Source: Macrostomum hystrix
Lineage: Eukaryota; Animalia; Platyhelminthes
Reading direction: 5' to 3'
Assembly (NCBI GenBank): GCA_950097015.1
Contig: CATNEN010000025.1
Span: 5,022,001-5,086,000 of the forward strand
DNA: 64,000 bases
Shown piece by piece: positions 33,694 to 46,715 of this stretch. Under the pieces are notes generated by a model. It had not been told where the DNA came from and made no database searches. It saw only the letters and a list, made by a program, of their open reading frames with translations. Both the position numbers and the translations under genes were made by a program. How positions within the stretch are numbered: position 1 is the first letter of the stretch; each line of letters begins with the position of its first letter.

Positions 33694-36551
33694 TCAGCGA
33701 AGGGCCATTTTCAAGCTGCGAAGCCTTCAGTAAAAAGAGATAAAAAGATATTAATTTTCCCACGCAAAACAATCTCTACTCCAACTGATCTTGGTACTTA
33801 TTTTACTGTTAGGTGAGCACTAGCGAATTAAGAGTCCTGCTCAAGATTAGAATTCTGACCTTTAGCTTACGTATGCAAGTATCCATAGTTTATGAATAAA
33901 AAGATAAAGAAATGTGCTTTTACTAAATTGTGACTTAATGACCTATATGGGGCATCATTTCGTGACACTGGACCCGCAGACAGCGAGGAGCCAATTCTGC
34001 TCATTTCGCTGACTCCTGAGCACACACGCAAACGGATACCGTACGCAGGCATACGCTCACACAGGTGTGTACATCTGCCCGGACTCATCGTCAGGCAGTG
34101 TACACTCTCACTGTGCCTTGGAAGTTGGCCCACAATGGTGTAAATTACACGACAAGCCCCCAAGCCTTCTCTCCACGGCTGCGCCCCAAATGAATGTGGC
34201 CTGGCCGCGGAATCGAGCTCAGGGACCTAGGTGCGAGAGGCAACCTCATTAAACGCATTCGCCCTGCCAGTGACCACCTGACTACCAAGAGAAAATTGAT
34301 AAAAGGGAATCTATCAGAGTTGACTTACTTGGCTTTCACAGCCAGCGAGGCGCCCGCAGCAAACTGGTGCGCTAGCAGTCGACGCCGCATCTCCTCCGGA
34401 TTATGCAGCGCTTTCATTAGCGGCAAATCGGTTCTTCCTCGATCAGACTGGCGAACTCGCCGAAGCCGCTTTCGCTGCTTACCAGAAGTGGAGAATTTCG
34501 TTTCGATTGGTGCCAGATCGACGGCCAGCGCGCACATGTCTTCCCGGGTCAGACCGCACGGTCCGGGAGCCACTGGCGGCACGGTGCCGCACATTCGGCG
34601 CCTGTGGGCGGCAAAGTTTGCAGCGCAGTTGGCCAACTCAGTCTGACTGGCCAGGGCGTTGATGAGGTGTCGATAATCAGCGCCCGGATAGTCCGGATGG
34701 GTAGCGATAGTTTGGAGCTGACGCAGCAGCTGACAACGATTTGGCCTTCCGTCGGCATCCGCCAGAGCCTCAATCAGGTCAAGCTGGCCATTGTTTTTAT
34801 CTTTGTTGTCGCCTGTTGTACAGGCCAGACGCAGAAGAGCTTGCAGGCGTTGCAGTTGCGGACTGGACAGGCGTTCGGCCGGGCACAAACCCGAACAGCC
34901 GGTGCAGCGCACGGCCAGCGCCACAGTCCGGTCTCGCATGTCAATCAGTTCGGTCAGGCTGTCAAGGATCGCCTCGAGATCGAGCATTACGGGCGGAGCT
35001 CGGCTGGCGCAAGTGTCCTGATAGAACTTGCGACAGGCGTCGCGCAGATAGGTGGCCACCCGCAGGGCCTTCGCGTAGCGTTTAGAGCTACGGTTGTAGC
35101 CAGCAACATTGGCAGCCAGGTCGATAGTTGGACGATCATTAGCTGGCTTTTCCACCTGTTTCACGATCTGATCCTCTGTGGAACTTTGGCTCGCTTCTTT
35201 AGTGCTGCGCGAGCTAGAAGCTCTGTTCTTTGTGTCATCGAGCTCGTTGCAGAAGTTTTTGGTCTGGCCGGCACTAAACTCGTCACCGCCAAGCGAGCAG
35301 CAGTTGTTGTTATTAGTGCCATCATTGGGGCCTACATCTGAAGAGAGGTGATTCTTACTATTCGTCTCGTTGGGTTGGTCGGAAGTTGGCTGCCAAGAGC
35401 ACAGCGTCCAATTGTCCTCGGAGGCGCTGTTGTCGTTTACGTTTTCACGAAGCTGCACACGATGAGATTGCTTCATTTGCTCCAGCTGATTTTCTTTGCT
35501 AGAATGGGGCCTGTTGCATGGAGAAAAATTCAAACTAACTCTTTATTAGTTGATGGTGAGTAATAAAAAATTTAAAGCAATAGGCAGCCATAAGACAGGG
35601 CCTTAGGAGTTCCCTCCTAAGCCCAGCGCACCTTAGAATGTCCTGCAGAGGCTTCGCAAAGCTGATGCCCTGATTGTGACTGATTGTTTCGCAGCTCAGC
35701 GTACTCCAGCAATTGTGCCGGTTGCCCTCCTTCTTGTCCTCGCTGGCGTCACTCATGTTATTGCCTTCGCCCTTCGAATTGGGATCTTTGACCAAGCCGC
35801 CACACTTTGAGCAGGAGAGGGAGGCCACCTCCTGCGGGCGCTTCCGCTGACGATCTCGTTTGCGTGCCTGCAGCTGCGCTTTTTGCTTTTGCCCGGACCA
35901 ATCGCTTAAGTCTGCCATAGCGCCAACTCGATCCATAACGACGTCTAGCATGTAGCGGTCCACCGTGTCTTCACAGCGCCCCCCGACGTGCTGCGCTCGC
36001 CACATGGTATGACTCTCGCTCTCCATATTCTGACGCATATCTAACTCTGCCTTACTCATCGGCGGCTTCGCTGACTGCGGACGCTTGAACGTCCTCGTCC
36101 TGGTGCGATTGGCGTTGATGCTGTCCAACAGGTCGGAGAGAAACGCATCGGCTTTAGCCAGCCGTTTCTCACTCTTTGGCGCAAGACTGGATCCTAACAG
36201 CAGGCTGTTCAACGAGTACTCCAGCTGATCTAGCGACTTCTGGCACTTTGCCAGACGCTCAAGTTGATCATCGCTGCACGCGCCGTCACGGTTGCCTGGC
36301 GCAGCCCGATTCGCATCATCAGATACGTCATTAGGAACCTCAGTATTGTTCCGGCTAAAAATATCACGCCTCAGCTGTTGCTTGCCATTATGCGGCTGCA
36401 GCTTTTCAGGGGAGAGATACTGCGCCTGTGTTTTCAGCCGCATCGGTTGAGGCGGCGGCGACCAGTCTTCAGGACTGGCGGTGGCTAACGAAGAGACAAG
36501 ACTTCGCTGGCAGAACAGTGTCCGGTTTTGCGGCGGCTGCTTACTCAGCAT
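33694..36551 (-). CDS. Uncharacterised protein of about 700-710 aa; exons 36551-35632, 35510-34329 and a probable terminal exon 33724-33694
   Basis: Two long non-repetitive ORFs join in frame across a phase-2 GT-AG intron (35631-35511). A strong GTAAGT donor at 34328 splices in frame to KLRSLKMALR*. No family recognised. Confidence 0.7.
33975..34280 (-). mobile_element. SINE family A copy
   Basis: Reverse complement of the 12936-13215 element; it lies in the last intron of the orphan gene. Confidence 0.85.
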
Positions 36552-38013
36552 TTGATGCGCAAATGATTTTTAAGCTTTTAAACTCTTTTTTAGCGTCTCT
36601 TTTTAGCGCTGAATTGGCTTCACTTGCTCTTTTTAGCTGGCTTTCAGAAAGCTCTCTTCTGGTAGGTGTGGTACCATAGACGCTTTTTGCGATTCAATGT
36701 AACGATATATACCGATTTTTTTCAGCAGCAATTGCGTAGGCTGAAGCTATAACGGCCGTATAGATGATCAGTCAGTTGTCTATGGTAATATAAAGGACTT
36801 TTATTTTATTGGCGGACAAATATGTGGAACTCTCTACGGACGAGTTGGCTTTTGTCACTCTAGAATCGAGCACGCGCTATGTTCTAGAAGTTGACAACTT
36901 GGACGCGTCGTCCAGTACCGAAGAGCTGCCGTAGCTAACTACTGAAGATCTTTCAATGCTAGACTCTCTGTTTTCGTGCTGCCATTCTACAAGCTGCGAG
37001 ACACGGACTGTGCTGCCCGAATGAGCGCCTGCCTGGCTGCCTATGGTCAAAAGTCGCTAGGTTTAAAGCCGATGTGGAATCCACCATCGAAAGTATGACG
37101 ACTGAGAACTGACAACGGCAATCTAAATGAAGCTGGTGACAGTGACCAAGTATGCCAAGTACTTCAAGGCGTCCAAGTGGACTTAGCCGTGAAGTCTCTG
37201 GGGTGGACAGTTCTTGAACTGTACTTTTAACTTTATCGGAAAGTAGTGCAAGACTGCTTACTGATTCATTATTCTTATGAACCGATTTTTGACAGTGAAA
37301 CACATTAATTTCTCGTTAATTCGTTACATATAAAGATTTAAAAAATTGCGGCAACAATCGAAAAAACCGGAAAACAATTAAATTGTTGCCGCAAGTATAA
37401 ATGCCGGAAACCATAGACAAAAAATTACAATAACCGGTGAATGAGGAGAGTGAAGCGGAAAGGAAAGCAAAAGGATCTTTGTGTATTTTAGCCATTTTCT
37501 CGGCTTAAGGTGAAGCATAAAACGCCATGTATACCATACCATATGGTATACGCCAGCAACCCTGTGCAGTCCCTCTGACGTCTTGAATTGATTTGCACTT
37601 CTTCTAGTTTGAAGTTCACCTCATGATTTCAAGAAGCGCCCTTTTCTGCGCTTCGGAAATCCGAATGTTGAAGTCGCAAAAGATAGGAGGCAAACAATCT
37701 CACTTGGATTAGACCTCAACTCGTTGGCGAATTCCTGCCAGCCGAAACGGACAGGCTTAATCTGGACTCTGAGCAAACATTGGGAATGAGCTATTTGAAA
37801 TTGGATCATCCCTAACACCTGACATGCAGTTGTGCGCTCCGCAGATTTGCCAACTTTCAATGAGTAGAACTCAAATAAATTAAAATCACGACAAAAACTG
37901 TTTTGCAGCGTGGGTGCCTCGGATGTGGGGTTGGAGCTTGCTCAGAAGGAGTATAAAATTCTTTATTTCCCAGAGCATTGCAGCAGACGCAAGGCTTTGA
38001 ACGGGAAAACGCG

Positions 38014-39039
38014 ATGCGCTCTATCTTGGCCCTGAGCGCTGCCGTCATGGCGGCGCTGTCGCTGGCTGCTGGCGCCACCATCACATTGCCAGATTGTTTC
38101 GCAAAGGACTATGCCGGCTGTAGCAGCTGCGTGCTGCAATTCAGCAATCAGAGATACGATCAGTTCTGCAGCTCCTCTCCGACTAGCAGTATGTGTTCGG
38201 ACCCCACTGGCAGGGTCAGCTACGTTAGCAACATCCAGAGCTCGGCGATACGAGGCTGCCCTGCTCCACCGCCAGCTGACACTGTGATTGCATCGACTCT
38301 TGCTGCTGTGACTAAACTGCCCCCAGTCACAACGGTGCGAGCTCAGGAAACGACAGTAACTGATCCTCCAGCAACAACAACCACGACCCAGGCTCCGACG
38401 ACGACAACAACAACAACCACCAAAACACCAACAACAACCACCAAAGCACCAACAACAACCACCAAAGCACCAACAACAACCACCAAAGCACAAACAACCA
38501 CCAAAGCACCAACAACAACCACCAAAGCACCAAAAACAACCACAAAAGCACCAACAACAACCACCAAAGCACCAAAAACAACCACCAAAGCACCAACAAC
38601 AACAACCACAAAGGCTCCAACAACAACCACCAAAGCACCAACAACAACAACCACCAAAGCACCAACAACAACAACCACAAAGGCTCCAACAACAACAACA
38701 GCCACCAAGGCCCCAACAACAACAACCACAACCAGGACTCCAACGACAACAAAATCCAGTCATCATGGCGGTCATCATAGACGTTATGGCCATCATGGTC
38801 ATCGTGCTGGTCATTATGGCGGTCATCATAGACGTTATGGCCATCATGGTCATCGTGCTAGTCGTTTTGGCGGTCATCATAGACGTTATGGCTATCATGG
38901 TCATCGTGGTGGTCACTGGCGTCGCCATCATTATGACGATGAAGACGAGGATGACAGGGGTACAGGAGACGAAAGAGATATAAGCTCTGGCAGGCGTGGT
39001 CGCTATCGCAGCGCAGGCGATGATGGCGACAGAAGCTGA
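38014..39039 (+). CDS. Secreted protein (341 aa): signal peptide, 6-Cys domain, Thr/Pro mucin stalk, His/Gly/Arg/Tyr repeats, acidic tail
   Basis: MRSILALSAAVMAALSLAAGA signal; Cys spacing C-x7-C-x2-C-x12-C-x8-C-x20-C; (KAPTTTT)n; three GGHHRRYG.HGHR repeats; DDEDEDD. An upstream acceptor lies near 37972 and AATAAA at 39161. Confidence 0.88.
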   Translation: MRSILALSAAVMAALSLAAGATITLPDCFAKDYAGCSSCVLQFSNQRYDQFCSSSPTSSMCSDPTGRVSYVSNIQSSAIRGCPAPPPADTVIASTLAAVTKLPPVTTVRAQETTVTDPPATTTTTQAPTTTTTTTTKTPTTTTKAPTTTTKAPTTTTKAQTTTKAPTTTTKAPKTTTKAPTTTTKAPKTTTKAPTTTTTKAPTTTTKAPTTTTTKAPTTTTTKAPTTTTATKAPTTTTTTRTPTTTKSSHHGGHHRRYGHHGHRAGHYGGHHRRYGHHGHRASRFGGHHRRYGYHGHRGGHWRRHHYDDEDEDDRGTGDERDISSGRRGRYRSAGDDGDRS

Positions 39040-40147
39040 CAGATGGACAATGAGTTATGAAATTACGTATGGAATCCATGGCAGGTGATGGGAATTGCTT
39101 TCGATAGCAGCAGTAGTTATAATAGCTCATGAACAGGCATAATGGCTAGTTTATGAATTGAATAAATCTAATGTCAGAATAAGACGGGTCTTGGCTTAAT
39201 TCACAAAAAGAGCTTTACGCAATCATCGATGCGTTGGCTCGGATTCAGGCTAAGCAATCTACTCTATATTTTGTTTTAATACGCAAACAAAAGTGACATG
39301 TTGCAAAAGTACAACAGCACTGTATGACAATTTTACATATTTAGATTCCCAGTTGTATTAATTAAATCAAGTGCTTAAATTTGATTTGATTTGAACTTCC
39401 TATCAGGTCAGTTTTTACAAGTATCAGTTTAGTATGATATTACAAGTACACGCACACGATAAAACATAATCTGGAAAATGAAGTCACGCTGGAACACTGA
39501 AGTTGCAAAAACTGAATCATATGCACTGGATAAAACACAATAAGAAATGATCTGACAAGCGATAATAGCTAACAGGCACAAAACTTTTGCTGCAAATCAA
39601 CTTCTGGAAGATTTCTACCGCAATTACCTGTATAGTAGGAAATCAATGAAACTCCAGAAGCAAGTATGAGAACGACAAAGTTTGATGCTGTTGTAGCCTA
39701 GATACGAACAATGCCACCAGATAAGAAGACGATAACGAATATCTATAGCACCTGAAGAAGGAATGCTAAGGGATATTCGGCAATACAATCAGGTCCATTT
39801 TAACGATGCTCGTAAAATATGAGCTAGCTATTCAAATGATAATTTTTCGTCGAATGGAAACTAGCAGAGACGAAAGACAGTTTTTTTGACTGTTTAAAAT
39901 GGCTTAACGCTTTCAAAAAGATATCTAGATCTATCTAGGTTACAGCAATACAGACAGCATGCAAGCACGCAACAAGCAGAAGCATGGCACCAATTAGCTT
40001 CTAACCGAAAATAACGAATCTGTTGACTTTGAAAGCATTTTAGAATTCAAGTCACTGACGTCCGAGGCGCACAAGCTGTTTGCAATTGCACCCATGATCC
40101 GCATACTGCTCGACTTTCTCTACCAATTCGAAGCCACCGGCCCCCAT

Positions 40148-42079
40148 TCAGCAGCACCGGCCGCCGCTTCCTGAGGTTCCCCCGCTGTCATCTTCGCCAA
40201 CAATGATACCGGCGTGTCGACCGGCAGAGCGTCGGCCAGAAGATGTCGCCGACACCCCGGCTGCATGGGCAGTAGACCTCGAAGCCGAGGACGAGCCTGC
40301 GGAGGACGCTTCCTCGGCGTCGCGACGAGCTAACATGTCGGCTGTTAGGTTAGCGAAGGCCTCCTCAACACCGCGATTCAGCTTGGCGGAGGTGCCGCAG
40401 TGCTTGGCGCCAACGGATCTGGCGAATTCCTCGGCGTCAGCCAGCGGTACGTGTCGATCACGCTCTAGATCAACCTGCAGGAAGAGAGAGGTCAAACAAG
40501 CACTTTTTTATTTCGAGCCTGGAAAGGCAAAGCGTAACTCTGTTTAATGCTTACAATTTTATGGTGCTTTTCTGGCCAAATTTTCAATAGCAAAACCATC
40601 ATCAGCGGTGAGGCACTAAACCACGGCTGGGAGCCTAGCAACGCTCATAACACGTATACATGTCTATGGTATAAACAAAAGTTTTCGCGACTGTTTCATT
40701 TTTATCAGACTACCATAGACTATGTCCTACGAAACAGTGCTATATGAAACAGAGTTAAGGAAAGGAGATAGGTGTTTTTTGTTGTGACGAGCTGTGAAAT
40801 TACTACAACCGGCTTCTTCATTGGATGCATTACCTGGTGGAATGATAAGCGGACTTACTGGCGCCGAGATCGAGAAGTACATGGATGATTTCGACTTGGA
40901 AAAAGCTGCTGAAGCACCATCTCTCGAGGATTTTAATCGATTGTTCGCATTGGTTGGAACAGTCGGTTAACGTGTTTGATAAGGAATGTTGTGTTGCCAG
41001 TTCCCAGCATCAAGAGAGGAGGTCAATAAAACGACTGAATGACTTCATCGACGCGTATGGGATCCATTCAAGTTGACATCGCGACGTGTAAACGCTCTGT
41101 GCTTGAGTATGTGGTACGCCTTTTCTATGGGACTTTTCTATAAGAAGGCCAACAGAGGTTTATTCTCGCGCACTCGTGCCAAGACTAAATCAAGATTAAA
41201 TCAAGAAAAACTAGTATTGCATCCTACAAGTATATTGATTCGCTCGTGAAATCTACCGTACGATCTCGTACTATCTATTGTATCTACCGAGTTAAATACA
41301 TGCATGTAACCGTAAATGTACACGGACAAGGCTGGGGGTGTTTTACGAACCAAAGTTCAATCTTAAGTTCAAACTTAGGATTGAGTTTAGGATCGACGTG
41401 TTCTATGAAGATAAAAGCCGATCTTAGCTGGGATCGAACTTAGGTGTGACCTAAGGGAAGATAAGATCGAACCTACGACTGGTGCGTTTTATCAAGAGAG
41501 ACTGTCTATGACCAAAACTGTCATGGTCGATCTTAACTTTAGGACACATCTAGAGTTGTCCTAAGTTTCAAGTGACTCCTAAGTGTTTGTAAAACGCATT
41601 TACGGCCCAGTCTTAAGTTCGAGCTTAAGTTGGAACTTAGGAGTCAGTCTTAAGACGCAGTTCATAAAACACCTCCCTGAGCTATAAATCACAGTCAAAT
41701 GCAATATTGAATAATAAATTACTTTGTTGCCAACCAGGTAAAGCGTTACATCCGAGCCGCGAATCTTGCGCAGTTCCTTTACCCAGTTGCGCGCCTTCTC
41801 AAACGAGTCCTCGTCGGTGATGTCGTATACTAGAATGGCGCCATCGCTGTCCCTATAGTAGATGGGGCCCAGTGCATGAAATCGCTCCTGTCCTGCTGTA
41901 TCCCAGATGTTCAACGTCACCCGACGGCCAGACACGTTAAGCTTCTTTGTGAGGAAAGAGGCCTGTACCGTGGTCAGATGCTTGTCGTTGAATTTGTCCT
42001 CAACGTATCGCAACGCTAGGGACGTCTTGCCGACGCATCCTTCGCCAAGCAGTACGATCTTAAACTCCCTGTTGGACAT
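40148..42079 (-). CDS. RAB21: Ras-related protein Rab-21; exons 42079-41723 and 40474-40148, 227 aa
   Basis: KIVLLGEGCVGKTSL, WDTAGQERFHALGPIYYRDSDGA, VGNK|VDL across a phase-0 intron, TSAK, and a C-terminal CC prenylation motif. Confidence 0.96.
41335..41676. mobile_element. MITE in the Rab21 intron, probably PIF/Harbinger-type
   Basis: Terminal inverted repeats GGGGTGTTTTACGAAC and GTTCATAAAACACCTCC (one indel), flanked by a 3-bp CTG duplication. Internal CTTAAG-rich motifs. Confidence 0.65.
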
Positions 42080-43920
42080 TGTGATTCAATATTCACCACC
42101 GCTGAAATATGCGGGTTCGGGAAGAGTTCTTTCGTAAAATATAAACTGGCTAGGCAAGACCAAAACGAAAGTATAGCAAAGTAAAACGCAATATAGAAGG
42201 AAGCCGTCAGTTGCGGTGTGTGAAGTGGTGGAAGAAACCTCGTTCTAATTAGTAGTTTAGAGCTATCAACCTCCACCTCCTCACACAGGACTGGGGTGTT
42301 GTGCTATGTGTTCGCTTGCCGCGAGCCCTTCGACCCCGTGCAGCCATCCCCACTCCGCCTATCGCACGCGCTGGTCGCACAGCCAGCCTGGGCTAGACCC
42401 ACCATCCACCCCACTCCACAGATAACGCACGCAGTCTGCACCAGTCTGCCTCAGAGCTGTGGCCCCCGCTTGGGCCTTTGAAAAATGTACGTTGAAATTT
42501 AACAGCACGCATGACGATTGTACACTAGACAATATTTCTTCACGATTTTATTAAACTTCACTAAAAATTATTAGTTACTCTTAATTTACTTACGAGCTAT
42601 AAAGTGAATAGACATTGTGCCTAGTCAGTGTGGATGGACTGGCGAACTTTCTTTACAGACACTGTGCATGTGCATGTAATAAAGCTTTAAACTCCTTACT
42701 ACCCGCTTGCAAAAAGCTGTAAATAATGTGCCTGATCTGTAATCCGCATTTTCTACGTGTATAATAACTATATTACAAACGGGATTACATAGACGAGATG
42801 GAAATAACAGGCATTGCAATGAGTTGCACAGAAAAATTGTCAACATTCCAGCATGCATTGTTAGCCAGCGCAATTTCACTTTGCTCAATCTAAACACCTC
42901 TTAAAGTGGCGTCAGAAATCAACAATAATAATTTGATGCAGTGCACTGTGAGAACTGAATGTATTGATTGGCGACCAACAGTCATCGAAGAGGCAATTGT
43001 GCTTAATCAGCTGACCCTTGAGCATAAAAGAGCAGACGTGGTATACTCTAACTGTCCCATGGAGGAGCAATAGAGGTGAATTGGGGGCTCGATAATCCCC
43101 CAAGCCCAGCTTAGGGTAGGGAGCTACTTTTTAGTAGTGCTTGCCCAGTAACATGACCAAATGATTTGCCGCAAACAGAGACTTTCATTAGGCCTAGATT
43201 GGTAGAGCCTACTTTGACTTTGATCATACGAGCTCGTTACATGTGGAATGAATAAAAAATTACAACAAAACAAACAAATTGGTATATATAAATTCCGACA
43301 ATGCACAAGTATAATGTAACAGGTCCGACTAATATATTGGATATAGTCTTGTTACAAGTGCTGCAGCAAAATGATATAAAAATGTTTTAATTGACATCAA
43401 CGGAGACAAGCCACAAGCTGCTATGAAAGCCTATGCAGTGCCATTATGATACAGTTTTGCGAAATCACTAAACACTGAAGAAGCACGAATAGGGATAGTG
43501 GGTTCTTGAGAATTCCTCAAGGCGACAGAATAAATGAGTTTGAGTATTTCATAAAATATGTTTTCATATTGGGGAGGACTTTATCAGTAAATAAGAAGTG
43601 TGTGCGCTAGGCATAAAATTTTGCAACTCGAAGCTAAACTAAAACGTAACGCATTACGTTTGGCCTCGGACAGAAAATTTCTCCGGAACACGACTCACTT
43701 AATGTTGCTCCAATTTATAGTGCGACTTACACACAACAATGTGATCCGGAGTAAAGTAGATCCTAAGTCCTGATATTGCTCTGCGTGCGTTTCACTCATC
43801 CTTCAATTTACGGTTTTACTTCAAAAGACAATAAAAAGATAATTGAAGGACATTACGACTTTTAGAAAACTAACAATCAGTTTTTTTTGTTTTTTTCCAC
43901 AATCTGGCTAAAAGAACAAG

Positions 43921-46080
43921 CTACATTATCCTCATGAGTCCTTCAGTGTGCTGACCCATTATCCTCATGAGTCCTTCAGTGTGCTGACCCATTATCCTCA
44001 TGAGTCCTTCAGTGTGCTGACCCATTATCCTCATGAGTCCTTCAGTGTGCTGACCCATTATCCTCATGAGTCCTTCAGTGTGCTGACCCATTATCCTCAT
44101 GAGTCCTTCAGTGTGCTGACCCATTATCCTCATGAGTCCTTCAGTGTGCTGACCCATTATCCTCATGAGTCCTTCAGTGTGCTGACCCATTATCCTCATG
44201 AGTCCTTCAGTGTGCTGACCCATTATCCTCATGAGTCCCTCAGTGTGCTGACCCATTATCCTCATGAGTCCCTCAGTGTGCTGACCCATTATCCTCATGA
44301 GTCCCTCAGTGTGCTGACCCATTATCCTCATGAGTCCCTCAGTGTGCTGACCCATTATCCTAATGAGTCCCTCAGTGTGCTGACCCATTATCCTCATAAG
44401 TCCTTCAGTGTGCTGATCCATAATCCTCATGAGTCCTTCAGTGTGCTGACCCATTATCCTCATGAGTCCTTCAGTGTGCTGACCCATTATCCTCATGAGT
44501 CCTTCAGTGTGCTGACCCATTATCCTCATGAGTCCTTCAGTGTGCTGACCCATTATCCTCATGAGTCCTTCAGTGTGCTGACCCATTATCCTCATGAGTC
44601 CTTCAGTGTGCTGACCCATTATCCTCATGAGTCCTTCAGTGTGCTGACCCATTATCCTCATGAGTCCTTCAGTGTGCTGACCCATTATCCTCATGAGTCC
44701 TTCAGTGTGCTGACCCATTATCCTCATGAGTCCTTCAGTGTGCTGACCCATTATCCTCATGAGTCCTTCAGTGTGCTGACCCATTATCCTCATGAGTCCT
44801 TCAGTGTGCTGACCCATTATCCTCATGAGTCCTTCAGTGTGCTGACCCATTATCCTCATGAGTCCCTCAGTGTGCTGACCCATTATCCTCATGAGTCCCT
44901 CAGTGTGCTGACCCATTATCCTCATGAGTCCCTCAGTGTGCTGACCCATTATCCTCATGAGTCCCTCAGTGTGCTGACCCATTATCCTAATGAGTCCCTC
45001 AGTGTGCTGACCCATTATCCTCATAAGTCCTTCAGTGTGCTGATCCATAATCCTCATGAGTCCTTCAGTGTGCTGACCCATTATCCTCATGAGTCCCTCA
45101 GTGTGCTGACCCATTATCCTCATGAGTCCCTCAGTGTGCTGACCCATTATCCTCATGAGTCCCTCAGTGTGCTGACCCATTATCCTCATAAGTCCTTCAG
45201 TGTGCTGATCCATAATCCTCATGAGTCCTTCAGTGTGCTGACCCATTATCCTCATGAGTCCTTCAGTGTGCTGACCCATTATCCTCATGAGTCCTTCAGT
45301 GTGCTGACCCATTATCCTCATGAGTCCTTCAGTGTGCTGACTCATTATCATCATGAGTCGTTCAGTGTGCTGACTCATTGTCATCATGAGTCCTTCAGTG
45401 TGCTGACTCATTGTCATCATGAGTCCTTCAGTGTGCTGACTCATTGTCATCATGAGTCCTTCATTGTGCTGACCCATTATCCTCATAAGTCCTTCAGTGT
45501 GCTGACCCATTATCCTCATAAGTCCCTCAGTGTGCTGACCCATTATCCTCATGAGTCCCTCAGTGTGCTGACCCATTATCCTCATGAGTCCTTCAGTGTG
45601 CTGACCCATTATCCTCATGAGTCCTTCAGTGTGCTGACCCATTATCCTCATGAGTCCTTCAGTGTGCTGACCCATTATCCTCATGAGTCCTTCAGTGTGC
45701 TGACCCATTATCCTCATGAGTCCTTCAGTGTGCTGACCCATAATCCTCATGAGTCCTTCAGTGTGCTGACCCATTATCCTCATGAGTCCTTCAGTGTGCT
45801 GACCCATTATCCTCATGAGTCCCTCAGTGTGCTGACCCATTATCCTCATGAGTCCCTCAGTGTGCTGACCCATTATCCTCATGAGTCCCTCAGTGTGCTG
45901 ACCCATTATCCTCATGAATCCTTAGTGTGCTGACTCATTGTCATCATGAGTCCTTCAGTGTGCTGACTCATTGTCATCATGAGTCCTTCAGTGTGCTGAC
46001 TCATTGTCATCATGAATCCTTCAGTGTGCTGACTCATTGTCATCATGAGTCCTTCAGTGTGCTGACCCATAATCCTCATT
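43921..46080. repeat. 33-bp minisatellite (CATTATCCTCATGAGTCCTTCAGTGTGCTGACC)n, about 65 units
   Basis: Highly homogeneous intergenic array downstream of TMEM117 with a duplicated block of variant units. Confidence 0.98.
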
Positions 46081-46715
46081 GTTTGTAAAACAGAAATTTG
46101 CAAATAATATCAATTGATGCTACCATGCAAAGGTTGACTCAATAAGTGGTGTAATAATTAAGAATTATTGCTTCAGTAATGAATTCACAGTTGCTGAAGA
46201 TATTGCCGACAATATTGCAGCAGCTAGAATAAACAATTAAATCAGCATTTACAGCTAGAAAACGAGTTGAAAATATGAGAAAAAAAATTAACACAGCTAA
46301 AAGTAGTGTCACAACAAAGGCTGGTTAATACTCAACAAGCTGTAAAACCACAATGCAGAGAAATAAATACAACTGAGGTAAAGCAATCAAAGCCGAAAAG
46401 TTTCTCACGGCAGTACCGTTGAGGCGCAATACAATCACTTGCCTATACTAACAGTAGAGTGCTACTCTTCGAGGAGTTTTAAATGAGTCAACGAATTGAA
46501 ACAGATACTCTGATGAGGGGGGAAGACATCAGTATATCAAAAACAACAGTTTTGATAGTGTAGTGAAATCGTGTAAAAATAATACGATACTATCTGGCCA
46601 TGGGTCCTATATAGTACGAGCGTATACAAAGCAAACAGAACATTTTTATTGAGCAAATAAAATTTCAGCAACAAGGTTGAGAATGGCATTGCGCGACTAT
46701 CAGCTTACAGCTTAG

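Noticed and set aside
36959-37303. 114-aa ORF weakly resembling a LINE RT segment; similar weak hints at 42912-43103
   Set aside because: No convincing conserved RT motif.
37963-38983. Antisense Cys/Trp/Gly-rich and Val/Leu-rich ORFs over the mucin gene
   Set aside because: Shadows of the ACA/ACC-rich sense repeat. The + frame has the signal peptide, upstream acceptor and polyA signal.
43921-45933. 664-aa and 661-aa ORFs on opposite strands
   Set aside because: Translations of a 33-bp tandem array with no unique sequence, signal peptide or splice context.
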